Numbered from the whole stretch's first letter, positions 51,360 to 62,699 are shown. The stretch is DNA of 63,726 nt, filler included, from Octopus bimaculoides (GCF_001194135.2; 4 parts of 4 records of this genome joined end to end with filler, not necessarily neighbours in it); one strand, 5' to 3'. The notes: generated from the sequence alone by a model not told the origin. Program-made: numbers and translations.

Positions 51360-51852
51360 CTATCATAGTAGTAGTTGAGTTAAAGTTGCTGATAGGCGAT
51401 GACTACGGACCGAGACCTTTGGAAATGTGCTGTGCGTGAGAAGACCCGGCAAGCCAAGTAAGATCGTTGCCAGTGCCCCTGGACTGGTTCTTGTGCGGGT
51501 GGCACATGAGATGCACCATTTTGAGCGTGGCCGTTGCCAGTACCGCCTGACTGGCTCCTGTAGGATTTTCGAGCGAGATTGTTGCCAGTGCCCCTGGACT
51601 GGCTTGTGCGGGTGGCACATAAAAGACACCATTTCGAGCGTGGCCGTTTTCGTGCGGGTGACACGTAAAAGCACCCACTACACTCTCTGAGTGGTTGGCG
51701 TTAGGAAGGGCATCCAGCTGTAGAAACTCTGCCAAATCAGACTGGAGCCTGGTGTTGCCATCCGGTTTCACCAGTCCTCAGTCAAATCGTCCAACCCATG
51801 CTAGCATGGAAAGCGGACGTTAAACGATGATGATGATGATGATGATGATGAT
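51360..51852 (+). mobile_element. Family B element, longest copy, with modular internal repeats
   Basis: 5' leader, three gttgccagt-initiated units (67, 48 and 65 bp), core and (gat)n tail. Confidence 0.88.
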
Positions 51853-51968
51853 GTGAGACAGAGAAGAGAGATATGCACATCAGGTGATTCAGAGCAGCAG
51901 TGTTTATCAGAGAGAGAAGGAGACAGACAGAGATTGAAAAGCTAATAAAGAAATAAAGTGTAACTTAC

Positions 51969-52099
51969 CCCATGAAGTCTAAACCTTTAAGAGTGCTCTC
52001 AAGATCTTCTTTTAGTAAACGAAGATTTATTTTGGAGTCATGATCAAGATCTGACATGTCTATAGCAGAAGCTTCTTTCAAAAATCCTTCTATAATTGG
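51969..52099 (-). CDS. DUF885 gene exon 3 (PIIEGFLKEASAIDMSDLDHDSKINLRLLKEDLESTLKGLDFMG)
   Basis: Acceptor ttacag, donor GTAAGT, 131 nt, phase 0 to 2. Confidence 0.9.
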
Positions 52100-52999
52100 C
52101 TGTAACCATATTAAAAAGGAAAAGAAACAAAAGAACAGTAACAATTTATAAAGGTTTAAAGAAGAAAGTTTAAAATCAACATGACATTATTTACAGTAAA
52201 ATTCAAACCAGAACATCACTGGTGAATAATCTCTAAGCTAAGCACTGTTAGCAAAGAATTTTGCAACACCAAAAGTTTTTCAACAAAGAATTTTATATGC
52301 TAGACTATCTTCCTTGTTTTGTTATTTGAAGTGAAAACACTCCATCATAATATTTTTGCTTTCATCATCATTATTTAACATCCTCCTTCCATGCTGGCAG
52401 AGGTTTTACAGGAACTGACATATCAGAAGACTGTGCCAAGCTCTAAATCCTTTCAGACTTGTGGGCAAATTGATGTTTAATTTAAACTTCTGTAGGTTGA
52501 CATTTGAAGAAAACATAGAAGGGCATTCGAGAGGGCAGCAGCTTTAATTGAGAATTGATTAACAAAGGAATTATAACAGGATCTAGGGTAAGATGCAGGG
52601 AGTACAATGTAAGGAGAGACAAATAAGACAGATGAATCTGGATGGAAGTGTATGCAGCTTACTGGTTCAGAATAGTGAAAGCAGTTGCTGTAGCAGACGG
52701 AAGAAACTTTTTTTTGTAAGTACTACTGCTTGTTTTTTTTTTTTATCAGTTTGATCTGCAAGAAGAGGTTACACCCAAAGTCTGCACAAGCTCTCCAAGA
52801 TTGGTGAAATTTATACTGTTACTGTTCCTATTTAAAAAGTTAATAGCAGCTAGATGACATATTCAGAGAAAAATTTTTCAACAGACTAAAGCTCTGGGGA
52901 GAAAGGATTGAGAATAGTGATTAATCTGAGAGCTTGAGATACTGAACACAATACGAGCCTCAAGGACAAAATCCCACTGGTGAGTGACATGAATGAGTA

Positions 53000-53228
53000 G
53001 GCGGCGAGCAGGCAGAATCATTAGCACGCCGGGCGAAATGCTTAGCAGTATTTCGTCTGCCGTTACGTTCTGAGTTCAAATTCCGCCGAGGTCGACTTTG
53101 CCTTTCATCCTTTCGGGGTCGATTAAATAAGTACCAGTTACGCACTGGGGGTCGATGTAATCGACTTAATCCCTTTGTCTGTCCTTGTTTGTCCCCTGTT
53201 TAGCCCCCTGTGGGCAGTAAAGAAATAA
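53000..53228 (+). mobile_element. Family C tRNA-SINE, young copy with TSD
   Basis: Head ggcggcgagcaggcagaatcattagc, B-box gagttcaaattcc, core gcctttcatcctttcggggtcgat; flanking direct repeat gaatgagtagg (52991-53001 and 53229-53239). Confidence 0.9.
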
Positions 53229-54144
53229 GAATGAGTAGGTCTCTAGTAGATCTTGCTTTACCACAACTGTTACTCAAAACAGCACTCCAGTTGTATCTCC
53301 ATGTAAGACTATATTATGTCGCCGTACATCTTTAACCTGCTTGATGGTGGGATATTAATTCAACTTCATTGGTTATAGAAGCAGCATGCATTAAATGAGT
53401 GGAAAGTTGAAGTATAAAGTACAAAGTTTGAATACTTGAGTTCAGTGAGTTGTTTATAATGAAAAGTCAAGCATGAGAAACAGAGAAATATATGAAAACA
53501 GGGTTTGGGTCATGGCAGTGTGCAGCCAACACAGTCTATTAGAGTAGTGTTAGACTATGCAAACATAGTACAAAGTTAGGCTTAAGAACACCAGTAATCA
53601 GATAGTCATATCCCTATATTTGAGACCTGACTATATGTTGAATATCTGCTGAATACAATTACTTAGTAGCTTAAACTGTTATTTGCTGTAAAGGTAAAAC
53701 TAAAATTGGATATAGTTTTCACAATGTTGGAGATATAAAACTGTCGAAGGCAATAAATCTTTGCACAGGTAAAGATGGTGGTAAATGTTTGTGAAAATTA
53801 AGAGTACAACGTGATATTTTTCTTTAAAATCAATGATATTTTGTTTTGGAAAAGCTTTTTAAACATTACTAGGGTGTAACAGCCTAATTTGAATAAAATT
53901 TTATTCTTAATCCTTTCATAACAGAATTCCTGTTAAAATATACTGCCTTTGTTTTAATTAATTTTGGTAATAATGAAGAATTTAGTAAAATAACTTTATC
54001 AGAATTAAACTGGAGTTTAGTACATAAATTAACATGAAATTTTTACGGAAGGTTTTAATTTAGTTCATTTTAAAATAGGAAGTTTGCATCATAGATCCAT
54101 GGGCAGTTTGGTAATAAAAGGGTTAATGATGGAAAAACCAGTAC

Positions 54145-54292
54145 CTTTTGCTTTATATAAGCTTCAACACGTAAGTCATCTACTCTATCATTATATTCCA
54201 TTTTCCCACAAAAAGCAGCAAAATCAGGGCTGTCTTCAAGACGCCACTGCCAAAACCTTTCAAATAAGTCTTCAAGTTTTCCACCTTTACCC
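54145..54292 (-). CDS. DUF885 gene exon 2 (GKGGKLEDLFERFWQWRLEDSPDFAAFCGKMEYNDRVDDLRVEAYIKQK)
   Basis: Acceptor tttttcag, donor GTACTG, 148 nt; carries the N-terminal FWxWRLxxSPxFA motif. Confidence 0.9.
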
Positions 54293-54347
54293 CTGAAAAA
54301 TATAAAGTGATTATTGATAACAGCAAAATGCCAACCAATCGCAGCCT

Positions 54348-54433
54348 TACATTGTGAAAAAATAAAAATAAAGGTGAATATTACATTTCACTGTTGTGGT
54401 GTTGCTGTAAGGTGTTATACATTAGAAAGAAGT
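54348..54433 (+). repeat. 86-bp direct repeat, copy 1
   Basis: tacattgtgaaaaaataaaaataaaggtgaatattac...agaaagaagt, repeated at 56471-56556 with about 3 differences. Confidence 0.9.
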
Positions 54434-55545
54434 CACGTGAGACAGTCTTTTCTAAACTTCTGGTGAGCCAGCTGCATCGTATAAAGCACTAGCTTCACAC
54501 CGTCTCAAGGTCTTTCGGTTCCAGACCTTTTGAGGTCTAGCCACTGACCACAGAGCACACAGCCAGTTCCGTTGAGACATAACAGCAGCTACATGGAGAC
54601 TCATCAACACTTGACTAACAGCATACGGCAATCTCTTTCTTTGTCGCCTCCATCTTCTCAACGTCAACATCATCTCTCAACGTACACACCAATCAGCAAC
54701 GCTCGCACAGGTTCTATCTCCACACTGTTTGTGAATTAATTCATCATGGTTAACAGCAAATACAACCTGCGACAACCTTCTGTAACAAGAGACTGGCTCT
54801 GCATCGTAGCCACAACTTCTTATACAACAGTACCTCAACCGGCTCTGCATTGCAGCCATAACTTCTTGGTACAGCATTTCAACTATCATATACCTTGACT
54901 ACGAACTGGTATTTATCATCCTTGTGTCTGAACATTCTTCTTACGTCATATTATAGACTCTTTCAATGCTCTGTACTTATCACACATGCATACACCCATG
55001 TTTGTACACGCACGCTTTGTATACATGACAACCTGTCTATTATTATGTTTATATGACGCACACACAGACACACATGTTAACCTATAGATAAAATCTTCTC
55101 TTAAACATTCTACCCCGGTTGTGTCTCTCTTTTCCTTCTGGCACTTATACTCATTTATTTCTTTTTCATATTTTATTTGTATCGACCATGCCATGTACTA
55201 AAGGAGCCATTCTCATCACTTCTCCTTTCGCACGGTCGTTTACAAATCTCTCTCTAGCTTGTATCAAGTGCTTGCAGCTGACTAAAAAGAAGAGGAAACA
55301 TGAAACAAAAATTTTTATCATATTTCATAAAAAATACAACAGCTTTTTTCTAACCAAATATATTAAATATATGTTTTGATAAGTATTTCTACATAAGTTA
55401 ATTTGTTGTTCTTGAGAACACTTATGTGAATGTTGCTAACACTCATTATGTGTAATATCAAGGCTAATAATATTATTATCAAGATGCATGATTAGGATAT
55501 GAAATAATGTAATAAAATACAGGTTTAATATATGTGTGGGTGTGT

Positions 55546-55548
<3 letters not shown>

Positions 55549-55604
<56 letters not shown>
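55549..55604. repeat. (GA)n microsatellite
   Basis: Read directly. Confidence 0.95.
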
Positions 55605-55608
<4 letters not shown>

Positions 55609-55924
55609 AGATAATGTCTTCATACTGAGACAATTGCAAAAAGTTGCTAGCCAAGTGTAAGCTTCTCTACTTAGCATTTGTTGATTTCGAGCAGAGTACT
55701 ACAATCTATTGTCTGAGAGTTACTAAGGAAATCGTGATTTGAATGGTTGGGGAAAGCAGCACAATCTATGTAAAGAGATCTCCAACTAAATTTAGGTAAC
55801 TATGCAGCTCTACTACAAGAACCTGCACTTCCCACAACTTTTCTGTCAAACTGTGTCCTCTCAATCTCTAAAATAAAGCTGACAACCCATTTCCTCGAAG
55901 TGTATACTCTTGGAAGCTACATGG

Positions 55925-56115
55925 CAACCTCAGTAGTACTGGTGCCATGAAAAAATAAACCCAGTACACTCTGTAATTAGTTGGCATTAGGATGAGCATC
56001 CAGCCATAGAAACTATGCCAAAGCAGACACTGGAGCCTGATGCAGTCCTTGGACTCATTGAATCCTGTCAACCCATCCAACCTATGCCAGAGTAGAACAT
56101 GGATGTTAAATGATG
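55925..56115 (+). mobile_element. Family B-like element, old copy
   Basis: gttggcattaggatgagcatccagcc..gaaactatgccaaa..ccaacctatgcc..ggatgttaaatgatg. Confidence 0.65.
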
Positions 56116-56139
56116 TTGATAGTAATACTGATGATGCAA

Positions 56140-57600
56140 TCAGCAAAGTAAGATTTGGCAATAAATTCAATGAGGAATTTAGAGTGCAAGTAGGTGTCCA
56201 TCAGGACTTGCTTCTCAGCCCCCTCCTAGCCATAACAATGGAGTTGAAGAATGGTTGCACATGGGAACTCCTATATGCCGATACTAAATTCTTACAGCAG
56301 AGACTGTGGAAGATTTAGAGAAAAGTTCCAGGCATGGAATCAAAACCTAGTAAAACCTAATGTAAACTTAGCAACTACTAAAGAAGACATTTGGACATTT
56401 GTACCCTGCTGTGAGAAGAATAATTTCCAATCCATTGTGATTAATACCTTAGAGGTGTGCGTGTGTTCAATACATTGTGAAAAAATAAAAATAAAGGTGA
56501 ATATTACATTTCACAGTTGTGGAGTAGCTGTAAGGTGTTATACATTAGAAAGAAGTACTTCATTTTATGTTGTGTCTGAAGTTAAAGGCTCAGTAAGTAC
56601 CTTTGGACTAGTTCTATAGGTGCCAGAATTTTAACAAAATCTGTGGAAATGGTGGCATGCTGTACATAAATTATATATATGGTATGTATATGATGTTAGG
56701 GTTGTTTACAGAAAGGGTTATTGCAAAACTGATTAGGAACAGAATTAGCCTGAATGAGAAGCAGTTCAGCTTGGCCCCAGGAAAAGGTACTGATGCCATA
56801 TTCTTTGTGAGATAATTGCATGTACATGGCTAGGAGTAAACCCCTATACCTAGCAATTTGAAAAAAGCCTTTGACAGAGGACCTCACATTGTAATTGGGT
56901 AGGTGTTAAGGAAACTAGGAATAGATGAATGACTTGTACAAGTTATGTACAAGAGAGCAATCAACAAGGTGATAATCAGCAATAAGTTCAGAAGAGAATT
57001 TAGCATGCATGTAAAGATATATCATGTCTCAGTTCTCTTTATTACAGTCTTTCATGTCATAACAAAAGAATATGAAACCAGCTCTTCTTGGGAACTTCTG
57101 TATGCTGCTAACTTAGCTCTTATAGCAGAATCTGTAGCAGATATGCCAGACACAGAATTGAAGGGTCTTAAAGTAACTTAGCTAAAACAAAAATTTTAGT
57201 AGTGTGGGAACACAAAATCCTTATAGGAATAAGGAAATGATTGTGTTCTGCTTTCAGAAAAGGAATTGGTAGAAATTCTATGAGGTGTACCTAGTGTAAA
57301 CAATGGGCACACAAGAGGCTAAAACAGTAGGATAATGTACCCTCAACATGCTGCCTACTGCTTATTTCCTACTCTCACACCTTTCCACTACCTCCTTTCC
57401 CCTCTGCTCCACTGTACCTATTCTATATCCTTTCATCTCTCCACCATCTTCTATTATACCAGGCCACCTGTAACTGAGCCGAAAGCATTCAACCTGTACA
57501 AGAGAGCAGTCAGTAAGGTGATAATCAGCAATAAGTTCAGCAGAGACCCTCACATTGTAATTAGGTGGGTGCTAAGGAAACTAGCATCAGCTCTTCTCCT
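56140..57600 (+). mobile_element. Several overlapping RTE RT fragments
   Basis: EEFRVQVGVHQDLLLSPLL..WELLYAD; QFSLAPGKGTDAIFFVR..KKAFDR..VLRKLG; the gtacaagagagca...aataagttcag segment occurs twice (about 56945 and 57495). Confidence 0.75.
56471..56556 (+). repeat. 86-bp direct repeat, copy 2
   Basis: Matches 54348-54433. Confidence 0.9.
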
Positions 57601-57804
57601 GCATACCTTACTATACCACCCAACTTATGGATTCTGAATCCCCCTACTTCCACCGCTTACATACTGTGATCGCACCTTCTTCTTTCCATCTAAATTATGA
57701 TGCTTGAAAAGAAATAAGTGGAACTGCATTCTTGCAACCTTCACTCACTGTCCTTAAGTCTTCTGTCACCATGCTCTCTTCACCTTATTGGTCATGTTAC
57801 TTTG

Positions 57805-57940
57805 AGAATGTGTCCAGTCTCTTTTGCTGAATCGCTAAGTTACAGGGACATAAACACACCAACATCAGTTTTCAAGTGATGGTGGGGGCACAAACACAGA
57901 CGCACACATAAATATATATATATACATATACATATCTCAT

Positions 57941-57993
<53 letters not shown>

Positions 57994-58135
57994 TGAAAGT
58001 CTCTTTCAGTTTCCATCTACCAAATTTACTAACAAGGCTTTGGCCAGCCCAAAGACACTTACTCAAGGTACCACACACTAGGATTGAACCCGGAACCATG
58101 CAGTTGAGAAGCAAGCTTCTTACCACACAGCCATC
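57805..58135 (-). mobile_element. Family A SINE, older copy
   Basis: ctttcagtttccatctaccaaat...gaacccggaaccatg...accacacagcca. Confidence 0.75.
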
Positions 58136-58626
58136 ATTACATGGTAATTAAATTTCCCACAAATCACATCATACCATTTAATGCCAAATTGTGACATGCA
58201 AGCCCAAATAATGTTGTTTGAAGATCTTGGTTTAAAAATAAAAAGACAAAATGATCATGTTTTGAATGCAGGATGGTTACAGTTAAAACGCTTTTCAAGA
58301 ATAGGATGGTCACAGCTGAAATGCCTTTAAAAGACAGGATTTTCATAGAATATCTTTAAAGAAAGACGAATGTTTCCAATCTGCATTGATGAATTGGACA
58401 CATTATTTTCCACTGCAAAAAATTTTTCGTTTTAGACTATGGGATACTCAAAAAAAGCATTTGTAAAACATCTATAAATGCTTTGTCAAAAAATATATAT
58501 ATTACCAAAGGACATTTTTATTTCTTTGCATTGGGGCATTTCATTCAAGGGCATTTTTGCCCAGGCTCCATGGTTGTTACAGTAGATTAGGTTTTATGAG
58601 TGGAATTCTAGGTTAAGAACCCTATA

Positions 58627-59149
58627 GAACCCCTCATAACTTATTTTTTGGGGAATTTTCAGAAAAATTTTGCCAATTTATGGAAATTCATAATTCAAAA
58701 TTTATTTTAATTTTTGCGAATTTATGGAAATTCGTAATTCAAAATTTACTTCTATAATTTTTTACCTCACCCCGCCCAATCCTAAAAGTTTTGATCGTTT
58801 TCGAATTTGTTTTTAAAATCCAAGTTGAAAATACAAACAGTCCGAATTTTTCATTTAAATCCCAGCAAAGAACGCATCATCATTCTTTTAAATGTGTTTG
58901 TGGGGAGAAAAGTATTGAAGGACATCAATACATGTCAGAATGCCAAAGAAATGAGGAAACTATCAGGTGGTTGTGAAATGTGCTAAAAACAACAGCTAAA
59001 TCACCTAAACACACATGAAAAAAAAACTTGTTTTTTTCTATTTTATTTTGCATGATCGTATGAATTCCCGTGTGTAGAACACAAATTCGCAAAAGTTTTC
59101 TGAAAATTCTAAAAAGTTAAGAAAAAGCTGAGGGGTTATGTGGGGTGCT
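58627..59149. mobile_element. Possible old MITE with imperfect terminal inverted repeats
   Basis: gaacccctcataac..gaattttcagaaaaattttgccaattt versus the reverse complement of 59080-59149; no TSD confirmed. Confidence 0.4.
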
Positions 59150-59207
59150 TGAACCAAAATTCCGCCCATAAATTTTTAGGATTTAAGGGGAGGGGGTAAA
59201 AATATTT

Positions 59208-59379
59208 GGTAAATTTTCAGATCAACACCCGCACGATTTTCACTAGGGTGTTAGGGTTAAGGTTTTAGGGTTAGGGTTTTAGGGTTGTAGAGTTAAGGTT
59301 AGGGTTAGGGTGTTAGTTTTAGGGTTAGGGTTTTAGGGTTAGGGTTTTTAGCGTGTGGGTGTTAATCTGAAAATTTACC
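59208..59379. mobile_element. Merlin-like MITE with one-directional TTAGGG array
   Basis: GGTAA...TTACC ends, 28-bp TIR with 2 mismatches, exact 8-bp TSD aaatattt. Confidence 0.8.
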
Positions 59380-59827
59380 AAATATTTAAAAATTTGAATT
59401 TTGAATTCCAGTATGTAGAAAACAAATTCGTAATCATTTTCTAGTGTTGAAAAATTATTACAGCTGCAGTTCTGTTCAGGACAAAAACATGATCTGAATT
59501 CTGCATTACTTGGTGTAAACGTTTGGGGTACTGTGACATTTCTCTCCATTTATTATGCTAATAATTGAAAAGACCTGACATATCATATTTTCTTCTTTTA
59601 ATGTTAAAAAAATCTGACGTTGTGTGTGCAGTTAAAGAACACAATTGGGTTAATGTTTACTCTATTACCCAATCACGAAAAACAAAATAAAAACTAGTGC
59701 AACGGGTGTGGAAAAAAATGTGTATGAAACGAATATGAAAACAAAAAGGTGCATAAACCAACAGGGGTTGGAGAGAGGACTTTCGGAAAATTCACAAGAT
59801 CCGAGTTTTTCCCGCATAGCTTTTAGG

Positions 59828-59859
<32 letters not shown>

Positions 59860-61090
59860 NNNNNNNNNNNNNNNNNNNNNNNNNNNNNNNNNNNNNNNNN
59901 NNNNNNNNNNNNNNNNNNNNNNNNNNNNNNNNNNNNNNNNNNNNNNNNNNNNNNNNNNNNNNNNNNNNNNNNNNNNNNNNNNNNNNNNNNNNNNNNNNNN
60001 NNNNNNNNNNNNNNNNNNNNNNNNNNNNNNNNNNNNNNNNNNNNNNNNNNNNNNNNNNNNNNNNNNNNNNNNNNNNNNNNNNNNNNNNNNNNNNNNTTTT
60101 AATGAAATTTTATATAAATACCTTTCAAACGGCATACCTTTCTATTCACACTCAAAATATTGAGCATTTATGGGGAAGCTTTGAAAAGTGCATTGTTCGA
60201 CCCGGAATGAGTGAGACCTAGCTACTTGAAACAATGCCGCTCGTTTAGTTTTCATACAAGCCATCTGACCGCCAACCTAGCGACTTCATAAGTTTCTTTT
60301 GGGGGCTGCAAGACTATACCCGTGTCCCTGATGACACAGAAGAATGAATACCGGTTTTTGTTGTCGTTCACCAATAACTCTCGTTGGCGCATTTTTTATA
60401 CTGCAAAACATTCGATGGGGGGAAAAAATCCAACCTTCTGAATTTTCTGAAAGTTAACCGGTTAATAAAGTAAACATGAACCAAACAATTGCGTCAAACG
60501 AATAAGAATCTAGTAAGAGGTAACCAAACATTCAGTTTTTAGTTTACTTGCGTCAGGTTTTGCTTTCATTATTTATTTAAATAGTGGTGCCTTTCTAAAC
60601 AATTCCTGATAACGTGGAAATTTTCGGGAATAAATTACCACGAAGATGATTTATTACTTCGTCCTGGAGTCGATTTCAATTTATATCCCTATAAATATAT
60701 ATGCACCGTAGTTTCTGCAAGCGTATTTGCTATTTTGCATTCAATACCAATATCGTGTTGAAAAAAAAAGTATTATATATACATTCAGTCATTCATGCAA
60801 ATATAATTATTTTATAGCATCTATTTTAATTTATTTTTAAACAGCTAATTGTGGATCCATTTAAAAAAAACTGAGAACACTGTCGGTCGAAATTCCATTT
60901 ATGGAAAACATCACTCGAAGAAAATGATAAACACGACATAAATGAAAAATGAAAGTTAATTGAACGTACAATGAAAGTACAAATCTTTAAATTAAAACAA
61001 TCAGTTTGGTATTTCATTTGGCTAAGACAAATAATTAATAGATATATATAAAAAACAAATTAAAACAAGAATAAATGAAATACTACTCAC

Positions 61091-61101
61091 ATCTTGGACA
61101 T
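61091..61101 (-). CDS. DUF885 gene exon 1, coding part (ATG TCC AAG AT)
   Basis: Followed by perfect donor GTGAGT (61090-61085). The phase-2 end fits the single leading G of exon 2. An in-frame TAG lies upstream of the ATG. Only 11 nt, so linkage is inferred. Confidence 0.6.
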
Positions 61102-61365
61102 AGAAGTTAAGTAAGTTGCAATAAGAGTAAATGCCTTCTCAGCAGCTTGCTAAGCAAATACGTGGCTCGAACTTTGTCACAAACTTAAGTTGTGTCCCTT
61201 TATCATGAGTCACTTGAAAAAATATCCGCTTAGTATTTCTTGGACGAGAGAGAAAGCACAGAAAACAGATAACTTTCATCTTCGGTCAAGCCTCATCGAC
61301 TTTTTAAAATTCCATTGGAAAAGAAAGATGAGGGTTGAGAGGAAAGGTGCTGCACCCCACTCCAA
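61102..61365 (-). promoter_or_regulatory. Putative 5' UTR/promoter of the DUF885 gene, with AP-1-like TGAGTCA at 61206-61212
   Basis: Unique-looking sequence upstream of exon 1 ATG, in a region visibly richer in CpG than the introns. TSS not determinable. Confidence 0.4.
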
Positions 61366-61373
61366 GTAAATTT

Positions 61374-61554
61374 GGTAATTTTTCAGATTAACACTCGCAC
61401 GATCTTCACTGGGGTGTTAGAGTTACGGTTCTAGGGTTAGGGTTTTAGGGTTAGTTTTAAGGTTAGGGTTAGGATTACGGTTACGGTTGGTGTTTAGGGT
61501 TAGGGTTACGGTTAGGGGCGGAATTCCCTAACCCAAACCCTAAAACCCTAACTG

Positions 61555-61588
<34 letters not shown>

Positions 61589-61631
61589 CACCCTAGTGAA
61601 GATCGTGCGGGTGTTAATCTGAAAAATTACC
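61374..61631. mobile_element. Merlin-like palindromic MITE, (TTAGGG)n facing (CCCTAA)n
   Basis: 47-bp TIR (45/47), exact 8-bp TSD gtaaattt (61366-61373 and 61632-61639), central ggaattcc at 61520-61527; same TIR as the 59208 copy. Confidence 0.85.
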
Positions 61632-61972
61632 GTAAATTTTTTGAAAGGCGAGTGAATAAGGTAAGGATGGCCCGAGAGAGTGGTCCTAGTCTAAGGTGGT
61701 ACGTGTAGGGTGTGGAGTAAGGGAGAGAGATGCATACTTAACATGATGCTCCTGGTGAGTAGGGTGGCTTAGGATCTGTGGAGCTCCTCGATTGCCCTTA
61801 GGTGACGTTTTTACCCCCTTATTGAACGTTTTTTTTTTTAATTTTTGCAAACTGATAGTTTTTCTTTATTATTTACACGTTTCTATGTAGACCTCCATTA
61901 ACTTTTGTCTTTATATTGATCTAAATGTTTTTCACAGCTCTTGTGGCCAATAAAGAATCATCATCATCATCA

Positions 61973-62017
<45 letters not shown>

Positions 62018-62613
62018 GATTGATAGATGAGTTCTTAACTTTTGTATACGATTGCCAAATTCCATCACTAAGGTAAACATAGCTGACGTAATCCATCACT
62101 ACGGTCAACTCAATGACAAAAAGCGCAACTCGAAAGTAACTTATTTATTGGTCCTTTGAACAATATTTCGACATCTCGTGTGTCTTCAACAGGTTCAAAA
62201 TAAAATAAATGTCAGTCTAATTCATTTCCAGTCCTCTCTATAAACTNNNNNNNNNNNNNNNNNNNNNNNNNNNNNNNNNNNNNNNNNNNNTTAATTAATT
62301 AANNNNNNNNNNNNNNNNNNNNNNNNNNNNNNNNNNNNNNNNNNNNTAGAAAGGGTTTTAATCAAAGAAATTTTAATTCCCTTATTCTGTAAAATAATAT
62401 TTAATTAGTTTAAATGTACACAAATGCATACAAATAATTTTTAATTCCATTAGACATTCTAAAATGCTATTAAATTTCATTCAATTTAAAAAAAGTAAAA
62501 TCAGACCGAACTTATGAGATGACCTGATATATATGTTGTTGACAGGGCCATTAGAGAAAAGAAACAGGCTTGGAAGGACTGGAAGAATGGTATTACAGAA
62601 GTTAAATTAATAT

Positions 62614-62616
<3 letters not shown>

Positions 62617-62674
<58 letters not shown>
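62617..62674. repeat. (TG)n microsatellite
   Basis: Read directly. Confidence 0.95.
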
Positions 62675-62678
<4 letters not shown>

Positions 62679-62699
62679 AGCGTGCGCGCGTGTTATCGC

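Larger units (their letters stand above)
36235..61101 (-). other. Gene span: spliced DUF885-family protein gene, 5' nine exons (345 codons); 3' part not found in window
   Basis: Nine manually translated exons with GT-AG boundaries and matching phases (2,0,2,0,0,2,0,0, then 2), totalling 1037 nt with no stop. Motifs FWQWRLEDSPDFA, ADYQKY, LKPALQKLKEFF and PGACYLPNGKEFYDACVRFHTSSNLSPEEIHKLGLSEVERI match DUF885 proteins as recalled. Confidence 0.85.

Noticed and set aside
51466-51660. CRISPR-like repeat-spacer pattern (also 24951-25117)
   Set aside because: Units are contiguous and degenerate without unique spacers, in a eukaryotic context with no cas genes.
59325-59549. 74-aa Cys-containing ORF MERNVTVP...
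   Set aside because: Runs into the MITE, and shows no homology or splice evidence.
60138-60327. Candidate minus-strand coding exon with AG and GT ends
   Set aside because: Stops in the frame needed to join exon 2, and no DUF885 similarity; could at most be an alternative UTR exon.
61421-61584. Ancient telomere-telomere fusion site
   Set aside because: The arrays are enclosed by TIRs and an exact TSD shared in style with a second copy, which indicates a transposon.
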